In this document: one piece after another, positions 1 through 12,080 of the stretch
Position numbering within the stretch: position 1 is the first letter of the stretch
Layout: every line of letters begins with the position of its first letter
Assembly (NCBI RefSeq): GCF_006345805.1
Contig: NC_043011.1
Coordinates: forward strand, 43,226,464-43,290,463
DNA: 64,000 bases
Reading direction: 5' to 3'
Origin: Octopus sinensis
Lineage: Eukaryota
Made by a program: the position numbers and the translations under genes
Notes under the pieces: model-generated
What the model saw: only the letters and a program-made list of their open reading frames with translations
What the model was told of the DNA's origin: nothing
Database searches by the model: none

Positions 1-1380
1 GTTGTTGTTGAATATGAAAACTTTGTTTTCTTTCGCATATTCCAACCATTCAAAAAAGGGTTGCAAAGTACACAGAAATGTTGATCCAATGGTTTGGTAA
101 TCTGATGGTGCATTTATGTCTTTTCCAAGTGTTTCTGGCTGTTAGTTTTGTCTCTGAGAGGCTGATCTGACCTTCAATTGGTTTTACTTTTTATCATGAT
201 GGGAGCCCACAGGTTCTCCGTGCTCTGTTAAGTTTAAGCTGAGTTTTAGTTGGCGGCTAGCATAAAACAGACTATATTGGATTACATAATGTTTACTTGA
301 CATACACAACATCGCGAACTACAACCTAAAACGCAACATTAACAACAGTAATAACAAAAATAGCAACGCAATTGTCGATCTTTGCAGGAAAGGCATCAAA
401 TGTTTTAGTGTATTTGGCTCCTTTTCGATTTCTCGGTAAAAGCCATTTAAATTCACACTAGCCACGAATGTCTTGAAAAATATGCCATGTCATAATTTCC
501 ATTTCTGATCCAGTATACGTTTGTAAACTTGTGCATCGAATAACACAAATCGGTGTTTCTTGTGACTAATGATGCCTGAAGGCAATGAAGGTTGTAGGCC
601 GTCGTATTAAATGCTTTACAATATTTTTGTTTCATTATCCTGAGTTCAAGCCGCATCATGGTTAATTTTCCACACAGACCACTGTTGATAAATTACGCAA
701 AAGGAATATATTGTTATCGATCTGAACAGCAGAACTTGTTCTTACAAACACAATCAATATACCGTTGAGTAATCGATATTACTAAAAAGATTAATTTGTT
801 TTGTTTGCTACGCTAGATGTCATGTCTGATTTTTTTTTTATTCACGTTTCCCTGTGTTATACGATACGGATATTGTTACTATATTATTTGATCTTCCTAC
901 CGAGTGACTGATATTGTTATAGCTTTTACTGTTATTAATAACGATAACGTGGCTCATCTTGTTATTGGTATCATCATTACAAAATTTATTTCCTGCTGTC
1001 TGCGTGAGGGCCTTTTTAAAAACTTCAGACTTCATTGTATCAAATTTAATTGAGCAACCTGCAAACTATATAAATTAATTAATTAATAAAAACCTACTTC
1101 ATAATCATTATTCTCCCACTCACTATATTGACATACTGTCCAGTACCATAAATTATTGCTTATAGAAATGAGGAGACGTAGATATATTTTGTTTTTAAAA
1201 GACGCGTCGGCTACTCCATTGACGAAACAGATGTTTTGTTATACATGACACCACGGATAATATTTATGTTTAAAATGTCAAGTGATCTTTTTCCTTCGAC
1301 TTAACAGAGGAGACGATACTTATACCACCATTGTTCACAAAGTATTCAAACAATACAACTCTCTCTTCCTCTGTACCCTG

Positions 1381-1382
<2 letters not shown>

Positions 1383-1438
<56 letters not shown>
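1383..1438. repeat. (CT)n microsatellite
   Basis: Pure CT dinucleotide run. Confidence 0.95.
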
Positions 1439-1441
<3 letters not shown>

Positions 1442-2524
1442 CCTTGACAGAGCTGTTAACATAAAGGAGGAGTATGTTATGTGTTTGGTGATCTGCCATA
1501 TGAGGAGCATCACTTATAGTCATATAGCTGATTATCTAGATCCGACGCATTGTTGTCTCTCACCATCAAACATAGCCGTTACCCTTGACGAGACCTAAAA
1601 TAAAATTCTTGAAAGTAACAAAACACTCGTCAATTACGCAATAAATCTGCTCACTGTCTATGCTAAGTAATTACAGCTAAGTAGGTCTGGGTCGTTTATA
1701 ATACACTACCTTTGCCATGATCGCATCGTTACACAGATCACAATAATGGAGCTATCTGTCTTTCATCCGGCAGGCCAATATCCTCCGGATTAAGCTATCT
1801 TTGACTGATATTTACATATAAACACTTGAATTTCGCGTCTATTAAGCAAATTTCTCATCTGAGTCAAACTGCTGTTATACACAGAAGCTAATGCATTTAT
1901 GAATTGTGTATACTGCAAAGCTTTTCAGTGTATCTTCTCGGCTTATCAGCTAGAGATGTCACATACTTCTCATTTGTCTAACAAAAGCAAAAGAAAAGAA
2001 ACGGTGGAGATTGCTTTAAGTTTTTGTTAAAAGTAATTATTTTTCGGTCATTTACCAGAATAGCTTCTCCGTGTGACAGACGAGGCCATCTTTCATCAGC
2101 GTGTAGAATTGTTGCTAAGAAACTATTCGAATGGCTGTATCCAAAATACAATCGGTTGGTTTTCCACCTATTCAGTTTTGGTTTTATTACCGTGGGAGAT
2201 AGCTTCTTCGCTTTCTTATTCATACGATGTCAAGATTGTTCTTGTTTGTCAAGGCAAGAAGATTTACTGTTGAACGTTTGTTTTTCTATCTGCATTGTTC
2301 TATGCTGAAGATATTTAACTTTGTCTAAAATACTGGAAGGCGTTATTCCAACAATAGCGATGGTTATCTAAAAGCCTTAACACCTCATTTTCCTAATATG
2401 CATCTGCTTATCATAAAAATCGAAATCATGAAATATTAATAAGTTTACAAGACAAATAAATTCACAATAACACTTGCAATATAAAGCATTAATAAATCTC
2501 CGAACGAGATGTAAACAGTAACCG

Positions 2525-2574
2525 CTCGACAACGTATGGTAAACACCAACCGGTGTTTACCATACGTTGACGAG
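2525..2574. repeat. Inverted repeat: 18-bp perfect stem plus 4 more bp after one mismatch, 4-nt loop
   Basis: ctcg-a-caacgtatggtaaacacc / aacc / ggtgtttaccatacgttg-a-cgag. Confidence 0.95.
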
Positions 2575-2605
2575 AGGCAAAAACCTCGAAACTATAGTCC
2601 GTATG
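2561..2605 (+). ncRNA. Minimal type-I hammerhead ribozyme motif (U3.G8 variant)
   Basis: Stem I CAUACG/CGUAUG; core UUGACGA; stem II GAGG-CAAAAA-CCUC; GAA; palindromic stem III ACUAUAGU; GUC cleavage triplet ending at 2599. Confidence 0.8.
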
Positions 2606-3169
2606 TATCACTTAGGTTTTCGAGAGGGGATGACTTCCCTTTGCAAATATCAGAAGGGCGCAGAAAGTGTGTCTAAAGCCAGCTGGAGACGACGATCTCC
2701 TGGGGCTAAAAGCTTCAGTAACACCCCCCCCCCAGTGGCTAGCCACATTCATATGGCTAGTACACTTTACGTTAACTTGTAATATAGCTTTCGCTTTAAC
2801 TACATATAAAACCAAGATATTTCCAGAAGAAATATCTATAGTCAATTCAATATTTGTAACTGTTCTAGGCAGCCAGGGAACACCTGCTTTATCCGCTCAG
2901 TCTGCTAGAAATTGCATTCAACTATACATAAATCAGTCTTTGCTATTCTGAGAAAGAAAAGATGCGTATCAACAGTCATTAGCTCTTATTTTATAGATTA
3001 GAGAGACACAGAGGCAAATTTGTCTCCGTTGCAACTTGACTGTAGACCGAGATAGTTTGAAGGTTACCTAAACGCTGCACAAGATCGTGTCCTTTCTCCC
3101 AGGAAGTGACATCAACCATAATACAGTTGAATAGAATAGATAGAATTGCAGTGAAGAAGCATTCTTTTG

Positions 3170-3444
3170 TTCTTTTATTCTTTTATTTGTTTCAGTCATT
3201 TGACTGCGGCCATGCTGGAGCACCGCTTTTTAGTCAAGCAAATCGACCCCAGGACTTATTCTTTGGAAGCCTACTACATAGTCTATCGGATCTCTTTTGC
3301 CGAACCGCTAAGTTACGGGGACGTAAACACACCAGCATCGGTTGTCAAGCGATGTTGGGGGGACAAACACAGACACAAAAACATATATATATATATTTGT
3401 AACGGTATATACAGGTGCTTACAATTATCAAGTACTCACCCTGA

Positions 3445-3475
<31 letters not shown>

Positions 3476-3638
3476 CGACGGGCTTCTTTCAGTTTCCGCC
3501 TACCAAATCCACTCACACGGCTTTGGTTGGCCCGAGGCTATAGTAGAAGACACTTGTCCAAGGTGCCGCGCAGTGGGACTGAACCCAGAACCATGTGGTT
3601 GGTAAGCAAGCTACTTACCACACTGCCACTCCTGTGCC
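3170..3638 (-). mobile_element. SINE family A, full length, young (tRNA head, CORE-like segment, internal TA/TG microsatellite)
   Basis: Reverse complement of the 21294-21683 copy; A box TGGCAGTGTGG and B box GGTTCAGTCCC; the accttgggcaagtgtctt segment of this family resembles the start of the CORE domain. Confidence 0.9.
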
Positions 3639-4454
3639 ATGTTGAAAGTATGAAGAAAATTTCTTCAGTTAAATTGATTCTTGTCCCAAATTGAGTAAAT
3701 TAACACACAAGACTAAGCTAGAATCTGCCAATATAGTAGAATACCAACAGAAACAAAATGCAGGTAATCTATAACACAAGCACACTCTGTTCCTTGAACG
3801 CATGGCAGCTTTGACTATTCTGAGTGCTTCATCCCCGACCAACCTATAAACCGCATGTCTGTTTTAACAAGACTGACGTAACAAGAACAAAACAAGAATA
3901 ACAATAACATTTTGCTAAAATGATCGATAACTCGACGTTTTATATCAAAAATAAGGTGAAGTAAAATAACGCTCACGTCACTACTAACAAATATCAAACA
4001 AAAAGCAAGACAATTCTTTACAGTGAAATATTTCAATCTCATTTCTTAAAGATATATTTTCTGAAGAAAATAAGGATTTATCACCGTATAATAATCTTAA
4101 AATAGAGAGAGCTACAGTGAGACGATAGCATGATAAAATCTCCTTGAGATTTCCATATTATATATAGAGATTAATGTGGAAATAAAAACCCTTGAGATGA
4201 ATACACAAAACATTTCTTTAGGAAAAGATATCGCTTGTATATATTGGGCATATTATTTTAGAATGACTAAGCATAAAGAAAAGAAATATTTTAGTTGAAG
4301 TAGAAAATGTTAATCTGTGATGTCCAATCATGTCCCAGCAACACTAACACTGAAAGTTGCGTAAAATTGTTTCCATGGAAGAGAGAAAGCGCCCCGCGAT
4401 CTCAGGTTTCGCCTGATTCCTTTCTTCCTTTATTTCTATTCATCTACTCTGTTT

Positions 4455-4913
4455 TACCATTTTACCTTTTGCTTGCTTCAGTCTTCGGACTACGGCCATG
4501 CTGGGACACCGCCTTGAAGGGTTTTTAGTCGAGCATATTGACTCCCACCAGTACTTGTTTTCTAAAGTCTGGCACTTATTTTTATCGGTCTCTTTTTCCA
4601 GTCGCTAAAAAACGGGAACGTAAACAAACCAGCACCAGTTGTCAAGCGGTGAGGGCTGACACAAAGATATATATACACCTGAGTGTATATAACAACCCCC
4701 AAACCACACAAACATATATATACGTCTGTGTGTATATATACATATGTATATACATATATTCATAAGACAGTTTTCTTTCAATTTCCATCTACCACGTCAA
4801 CGCACAATGTTTTGGTCGGCTCGTGGCTATAGCAGAAAGTAGTTACTTATGGTGGCACGAACCCGGATCCATGTTGTTGAGAAACAAACTTCTATCCACA
4901 CGGCAACACCTGT
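4455..4913 (-). mobile_element. SINE family A, older copy
   Basis: Diverged match to the family A consensus over head, body and tail. Confidence 0.8.
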
Positions 4914-4939
4914 AAGATAATATTACCGTTATTGCCAAA

Positions 4940-5125
4940 GAAAGAAAATAACTCGCTGGGTAGATTGGTAGAATCGATATTTGTTCTGGTACCTTACGCC
5001 TTAAATTCAACCCCTCTCGAGGCCAGCTTTGTCTTTCAATCTACCGTGGTCAACAAAAAATGTAACATTAAAATACTGGGCTCGATTTACTCGAATAGTT
5101 CCTTGCCCCTAAGCGGTGTGCATAT
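4940..5125 (+). mobile_element. SINE family B, old copy
   Basis: Diverged match: ggtagaatcg...aaattca...gggctcgatttactcga. Confidence 0.6.
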
Positions 5126-5144
5126 GATAGAAATAGTTAATGAA

Positions 5145-5496
5145 GGCGGCGAGCTGACAGAAATTCCGCCGAGGTCGACTTTGCCTTTCATCCTTTCGGG
5201 GTCGATAAATTAAGTACCAGTTACGCACTAGAGTCGATGTAATCGTCTTGATCCCTTTGTCTGTCCTTGTTTGTCCCCTCAATGTTTAGCCCTTGTGGGT
5301 AGTGAAGAAACAGATATTTCGTCTGCCGCTACGTTCTGAGTTCAAATTCTGCCGAGGTCGACTTTGCCTTTCATCCTCTGAGGTCGATAAATTAAGTACC
5401 AGTTACGCACTGGGGTCGATATAATCAACTTAATCCCTTTGTCTTTCCTTGTTTTTCCCTTCTATATTTACCCCCTTGTGGGCAATACAGAAATAA
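5145..5496 (+). mobile_element. SINE family B dimer; first unit has an internal head deletion
   Basis: Two tandem B bodies; 14-bp TSD gaaatagttaatga at 5130-5143 and 5497-5510. Confidence 0.9.
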
Positions 5497-6111
5497 GAAA
5501 TAGTTAATGATCTTGGCATACATGGATGCCTTCCAGTATCTAACGGAGTGTCTTTCTAAACTGAATTCGCAATCATACTAAATTCCAATTTGCCTTCCCA
5601 TAATCCCTAGGAGACAACAACAAAATAAAATAACCTTCATATGATTTTTTTTTTATAATCGATCGCTTCCCGAACCCAAACTCTGATGCTGTTAAGCCAA
5701 ATTGAGAATGACATATCATTATATAAACATTATGAAAACGCCTGCGCATCAGATAACTATACTTGGCTATGCAATGGTACGATAACTTGCCAAATCCCAA
5801 CCTACATTACGGTTATCAAACTTTCTTTCTCATCATCATCATAATCATTATCACTATCTTCAAATAAAGAAGTCTCTGGCGAAGGGCAAGAGATTTAATA
5901 CCTTACATATTTTAATAGCCTCAAGAACACCTCTTCTTTTTACCCTCTCCTATGAAATCGTTTTTGCCAAATGAGGTTGTCACTTGTTTTATTTAAGTTA
6001 TTCATGTATTCGTTTTCTGGATTTTTCCCTATAAAGCAGATCTTCAAGTTCGACTGAAACTGGTTAGACTTACACGTATGTAAATTATAAAATAAGTGCC
6101 ATGTATGTTTC

Positions 6112-6147
<36 letters not shown>

Positions 6148-6150
<3 letters not shown>

Positions 6151-6329
6151 AGAATTCACAAAAAAAAACAAAAGACGAAGACAGGTGGTGTAGACAACAA
6201 ACAGATGTGTTAGTATGACGCTCGGGAAGTGAAAAAGTCTTTAACGTTTCGAGCCTAACCTCTTCCACAGAAATGAACTCAAAAAGAATCAAGGAGAGAA
6301 AATAAAGAATGTATAGTGACTAGCGATCT
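6148..6329 (-). mobile_element. Short non-autonomous Penelope-like repeat carrying a degenerate hammerhead motif (6239-6273)
   Basis: Minus strand reads UUU-CUGUGGA-A-GAG-GUUAGG-CUC-GAAAC-GUU-AAA; inserted at a (TA)n run; Penelope link is inferred from the motif type. Confidence 0.5.
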
Positions 6330-6363
6330 AAAACAGTTTAATTCGGATTTCGTACTACTTCAG

Positions 6364-6559
6364 GTATCGCAGGCAGTTTAAGGGCCGTGTCACCCCAGGT
6401 TCATGGAATATCCAAGTGAATGGAGAGGTGCAGCGAGTCCAAGATGGCCTCTCCGTTCACTTGGATATTCTACAAACTTGACGAGACAGGTTCCGTCAGG
6501 GGCCTTGAAGTAGCAATGAATCCGAACAACACTCTTTTGAATAATACATGTAACTTCCA
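6364..6559 (+). other. Candidate non-coding exon (196 bp) containing the miRNA-like hairpin
   Basis: Acceptor tactacttcag|G and donor CCA|GTAAGT; stop codons in all three forward frames. Confidence 0.4.
6396..6480 (+). ncRNA. Candidate pri-miRNA hairpin
   Basis: 25-bp upper stem, 2x2 internal loop, 6-bp lower stem, 19-nt loop; all three non-Watson-Crick pairs in the helices are G.U on the plus strand. Confidence 0.55.
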
Positions 6560-6624
6560 GTAAGTGTGTTGGGTGTCCTTTCTTTCGCTTCTCCACTCAT
6601 ATGTGTGCGTGTGTGTGTTTGTGT

Positions 6625-6945
6625 TTTACTTGCTTTAATCATTGGACTGCGGCTATGCTGGAGCACCGCTTTAAAGGGTTCTAGTCGAAATGATCGATCT
6701 CAGTACTTATTTTTTAAAGTTTAGTATTTATTCGGTCACATTTTTGCCGAACCTCTAACTAGCGGGGGAGGTAAACAAACGAGCTTACCCAGGCTTATAT
6801 ATATGTGTGTATATATATACTGGACTTCTATTAGTTTCCACCTCCCAAATCCACTCGCAAGGATTTGGTGGTCCTGAGGCTATATTAGAAGACACTTGCG
6901 TTGCGTTGCCCATGGTGTCAGAACCATGGTGACTGGACCCAGAAC
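6625..6945 (-). mobile_element. SINE family A, partial
   Basis: Diverged match to the A tail and body. Confidence 0.7.
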
Positions 6946-7289
6946 CGAGTGGGAAAAGAAAGAGAAAGAGTTGTTTTGAAGCCTGAAGTAACTTCTCAAA
7001 ACCGTTACTCCGAGTTTGACGCAACCAATCTTCTGACTGAAGATCAATTACGTGAAACACAAACTAACGTTCTGTAATGTTTTTCAGCTTCAATAAAACT
7101 CAAAATATAAGCTCTACATTAGTATTTGAGTATTATTTTACCTCCTTGCTTTCATTTGTGTAATTGCACGTATACACACACATATACAAACACGCAAACA
7201 CATACACGAACACACTCAAACTCACAGACACAAGCATACACACAAACACACACACGCACACACACTCACACATATATACATTTATATTG

Positions 7290-7735
7290 GTAGTTAAGGC
7301 AGAGAGCAAGCAGAATGATTCGGACACCAGAAGAAAATACTTAGCAGTATTTCTCCTGGCTTCATGTTCTGAGTCCAAATCCCGTCGAGGTAAACTTTGC
7401 CTGTTATCCGTTCGGGATCAATCATTGGTGTTGTTGTAATCGACTTTCCCCCGCCCTGAATTTTAGGCTTTGTACCTGTAGTAGAAAGGATATAAGTAGG
7501 GACAGAAGATAGCTAGGTGGTAGAAACATTTGCATTCAGGATGAAATAATTGCAGCGTTTCTCCCCGGTTTTACGCTTTGAATTCAAATTCCACCGAGGT
7601 CAACTTTGTTGTTCATCCTTTCGATGTCGATGAAAAAATAGATAAATAAAAATAAATAAATAAATAACCAGTCGGGCTCTGACTCGATGTAATCGACTCA
7701 CCCGTTGCCCTGAAGCTTGTGCAATATTTGAAACC
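7290..7735 (+). mobile_element. Two tandem old SINE family B copies
   Basis: Two degenerate B heads (gagttcaaat-type B box) with gtaatcgact tails. Confidence 0.7.
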
Positions 7736-7999
7736 GATAAGAGTATTGACAGAATAATGTTATATATAAGACATTGGGCAATAGAATTAAAAGATCAATT
7801 ACATAAATTATTGCTAGTATAAGTAGAATAACTTTCGTTATGTATAACTATAAACGGTTGTCTATAATCGATGTTGCAGACGACCATAATTTAATGGCGT
7901 TTATTTCATAAATTTCACTGCTTGAAAATTGTACACTGTGGCCCACTACAGACTTTTCAACTCAGAATTAAATGGTTTTGCAATCATGTACCACACACA

Positions 8000-8065
<66 letters not shown>

Positions 8066-8179
8066 CGCGTACATATACACACACTCACACGCATACATGT
8101 GTAACCAAGATGTGCCATCTATATTGAGAAACTTTGCACTGAATCCACTCTCTTTTGTCGACGTTATTATGTTCCAACA

Positions 8180-9380
8180 AGTGCAGTAATTATGTCTTCC
8201 TATCATTAGTGTGGGTTGAGGCAATTTTAAACATAAATATTTACGGGCACATAACTAGTGCTGATTTGAGGCTGCATTCGGGTCCAAATAGCACGGTTCT
8301 TGACCTCCCCCACTTCACACATCCAGCAAGTATATTAAAACAGTTTAGATCCCCTCGCGCATCCACTTTCGATCCACTTTCTCCTATTGCTCAGGTGGGA
8401 TATTCGGACCCTTATCTTCCCATGCGCGAGTTCGTGATGATAACCTCAACTACAGCACGCCTTACTTCGGTGCTTTTGTGTTCTTAGCTCCCCATATGTA
8501 CTCTGATCTTGTATTGCTGATCGTTTCCTCGCTGAACTCTTTATACATCATCCTAACCCTGCACTTTACCACTTTGTAATATCCCTTCGGCCACTGATGA
8601 TAGAGCTAGCTGTAAATGCCCAGGCCTAATGTTAATCCCCGTTGCTGAGATACTTGGAGAAGTTCCAAGCCAGCTTCTCACCTCTCGACTCTTTTCACCG
8701 TTTTTGGTGGGTTTTTATATATCAGCAACTACCACTTGAATCTCAGCTGCTGCCCGTTATAGAAGAACCGCGACTTGAATTCACTGGTCATTTGTTTTTC
8801 AAATAACAGCCAATTTCTGTTTGGTCGGCAAACTGTTTCTGTCTGTAAGAGAAGCATCAGATCACTGCGGTAGGTATTTTATTAGATTCTTCTCCATGAA
8901 TGGTATGACCTCCTTCCAAAACCAGAACTTGTTGCTCGCTTTCGCACTCCTGATCACCAAGCCTCTTGAATTTTATCTTCTCTGTTAAATCACCAAATCG
9001 CCAAAGTGCTTTACTTGTACGTGGAGTCTTGATATCCAACTTGAAGAATCCTCCAAAACATATATATATACACAGACAGACGCTTGCATATGCGCGCATG
9101 CGTGTGTATTTACACACACACACACACACTCACACACACACAAACACATGACAAATTCACAGAGCCGGGCTTTGCAGTATTTATTCAAGCTCTTTGCATT
9201 CTGAGATCAAATCCCCAAATGGCTCCCTTGGGTGGTAGACTTAACCCGTTGCTCCGTTTAACACTACAAACTTCCACCTTGGGTGCCTTTAGCGCACTTC
9301 GCTCTGTTGCAAACATTGGAACTTACGCACATTCTGCTGGCACTGATTTCATTTGCAAAATAAATATGACTCCACCATTT
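8180..9380 (-). pseudogene. Possible decayed L1/Tx1-type LINE ORF2 C-terminal remnant, interrupted by a microsatellite
   Basis: Frameshifted peptides KVEVCSVKRSNGLSLP, GGFFKLDIK...KALWRF, KFWFWKEVI and a CWMC zinc-knuckle-like relic; resemblance judged by eye only. Confidence 0.35.
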
Positions 9381-9537
9381 TGAGTTTCTCTGTGATTTAG
9401 TCTTACCTATTCTCCCATCACAGTTTCTATCTCCATATGACTAGGAAAGAACCGTGCTCGCGTCAAAACTGTTGATAATTTGAAATTGCTGTCTGTGTGC
9501 AGATGTACGTGGGTTGTGTGTCTATATGTATGTAGTA

Positions 9538-9538
9538 G

Positions 9539-9626
<88 letters not shown>
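9538..9626. repeat. (AGAT)n microsatellite
   Basis: Pure tetranucleotide run. Confidence 0.95.
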
Positions 9627-9628
<2 letters not shown>

Positions 9629-10399
9629 ACAGAAACAAACAGACAGACATACAGAAAGTGGACATGTGGAGGGAAGGGGAGACTTATAAATTTTGATACA
9701 TATATATTCAAGTAGATATATACACATATAGAGAGACACAGAGAGGGGAAATAAAATGCACTCACGGACACACACAAACAGGCATACAAATAATATTTTC
9801 TTCTTTATGTCTATGTATGTATGAATGTATGTATACATCTATGTATGTGCTTATGTATGTATATATATGTCCATACAGAGAAGGAGAGAGAGAGAGAGAG
9901 TGAGAGAGAGAGGGAAAGAGAGTAAACATCGAGAAAAGAGATCCGTTGATTTTGTTGGACTTCTTGAGATAACAAAAGACTTCGAATTAATTGCATAAAA
10001 TATTTTTCTTCAAAAATATTTTATATTCCTTTACAATTATTATATTTCTATACACTCACCTTTCTTCCAATTTACAGTTTATTTGAAAAGCTGAAATTGT
10101 CTTCCAAAATCTCTCAACAATAAAAACAACAGGAAAACTTCATTTCGTGCTTTCTACTTTCTAACAGCGACATATTTTGGTCGTTGTACGTTCTGTTTCT
10201 TAATGTATGTGTGTGTGTGTGTCCGTTTGTCTATACAAACATATCACGCACATATACACATAGGTATATGCATATATATTTACACACACACACACACATA
10301 TATATTATAGGTATAAGAACTACATATAGATATGAAAACTATATATTTGTATATATGTACATATATATATACATATATGTATGTGTTGCTTCTTTCTCG

Positions 10400-10467
<68 letters not shown>

Positions 10468-10944
10468 CATGTACAACGTACAAATGTGCGCCTGGGTGTA
10501 GTTGGATTTACGCATGTGTGTTTGTGTGTGTATATATATATATATATATAAATATAGAAACGCACATGTAATATATAGATATATATGTGTACGCACAAGC
10601 GTACTCACACTCACACGGATAATTAAATTTGGGAATAAACTGACAATGTTGATCACCTTGCATGTTCTTACGTTCCCCCATAACAATACATTGCTCTTTG
10701 TCTATTTTTCTTCTTTTGTCTGTCATAGACACAATATAAGGTATATACATATATATATATGAGACGCAATATCAGTTATATTCCGTCTATAAATAAACAG
10801 TAACGAAATCTCACTGTACGCCATCCAAACAAAATTGTAGAAAATTTTCCTTTCTTCCATCCTAACGTTTCTGGATCAGAAATCCTGGCTTATTGATTTA
10901 ATTTTAGGTGTTTATTTTATATTGTTTATATTTTGTCTTTCATT

Positions 10945-11119
10945 TGTTTCAGTCACTAGACCGTTGTGATGCTGTAGCACCATTATGAGGAATCATTTTC
11001 TTTTAGTCAGAGCTAATTGACCCCAACACATATTTCCTTTTCTGTTGATAAGTTTTGCTGAAATTTTGCTGAATTTACGGGGACACAAACACACTAACAA
11101 CGGTTTTCAAGTGGTGATG

Positions 11120-11165
<46 letters not shown>

Positions 11166-11285
11166 ACACTCACACATACACACCCCCACCTCCACACGCA
11201 CACACACACACATAGTTTCCGTCTACCAAATCCACTCACAAGGCTTTGGACGGCCTGAGGCTATAATAGATAGAGATCTGCCCAT
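10945..11285 (-). mobile_element. SINE family A, partial old copy with internal (AC)n
   Basis: Match to the A tail and to gtttccgtctaccaaatccactcacaaggctttgg. Confidence 0.75.
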
Positions 11286-11872
11286 ATGTCTTTTTTTTTT
11301 TCACTTCATGATCGTTTTTCTTGATTCAGTCAGTGGACTGCGGCCATACTTGGGCGCGAACCTACAATGTTTAGTCGATCAAATCGATCCCAATAGTTAT
11401 TTTCTAGTCTCGTACTAATTCTATCCGTCTGTTTTGCCCCATCGCGAAAGCAATCGACGAAAATCGAAACGAGACTCATTAAATCACTATAGTCGAACGT
11501 GTCAACAAGTTATAGGACAGTAATGGCTGACTAGCATGAATTTTCTTTGAAATGAAAATCTTCTTGAAATATGTTAAAAAATTATCCATAAGCATTTACC
11601 AAGAACAAACGTTCATGTATGCATGTAAATATGGGATACATGAATAACAGAATTTTCAAAAGCTTAAATATTTCGACACATTATAATAAAACCTTTTGCC
11701 ATGATCGTCGAACGATAGTTCCCGCTGGTTTGTATCTTTTATATGACAAATTCAGTTAATTTACTACTGAAATACACCACTCCACAGCCAGTTCATTTTA
11801 CAACAAATGGACTCTCTAGTCAACATCTATCCTAGACAATAAGAAAGCCTGTACCTTATAGCTGTTTCTACT

Positions 11873-12080
11873 AAGGCGGTAAGCTGGTAGAAATGCAAGC
11901 TTGCAGGATAAAATCCTTAGCAGCACTTCTTCCGGTTACGTTCTGAATTGAAAATCCACCATTATCAACTTTGCCTTTTCTCCTTTCGGAGTCAATGAAT
12001 AAGTACCAGTTGACACTGGGGTTGATGTAATTGTCTATCCTTCCCACCGAAGATTTTAGGCCTCTTGCTTAGAGTAGAAA
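11873..12080 (+). mobile_element. SINE family B, old copy
   Basis: ggcggtaagctggtagaa head, aagtaccagttgacactggggttgatgtaatt tail. Confidence 0.75.

Noticed and set aside
100-260. Minus-strand QISLSETKL resembling a LINE endonuclease motif
   Set aside because: It is a single short motif in a frame with nearby stops, which is insufficient to call.
1575-1635. ttgacgag...gaaagtaac motif
   Set aside because: It has no valid stem II or stem III; only an 8-bp inverted repeat is present.
2497-2760. Possible Helitron (A|TC start, CTAG|T end)
   Set aside because: These termini are too short to be significant, and the hammerhead with inversion favours a Penelope-like origin.
10184-10762. [12 protein letters not shown] and SIYL-rich ORFs here and throughout the window
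   Set aside because: Dinucleotide and tetranucleotide microsatellites lack stops in several frames; there is no coding signal.
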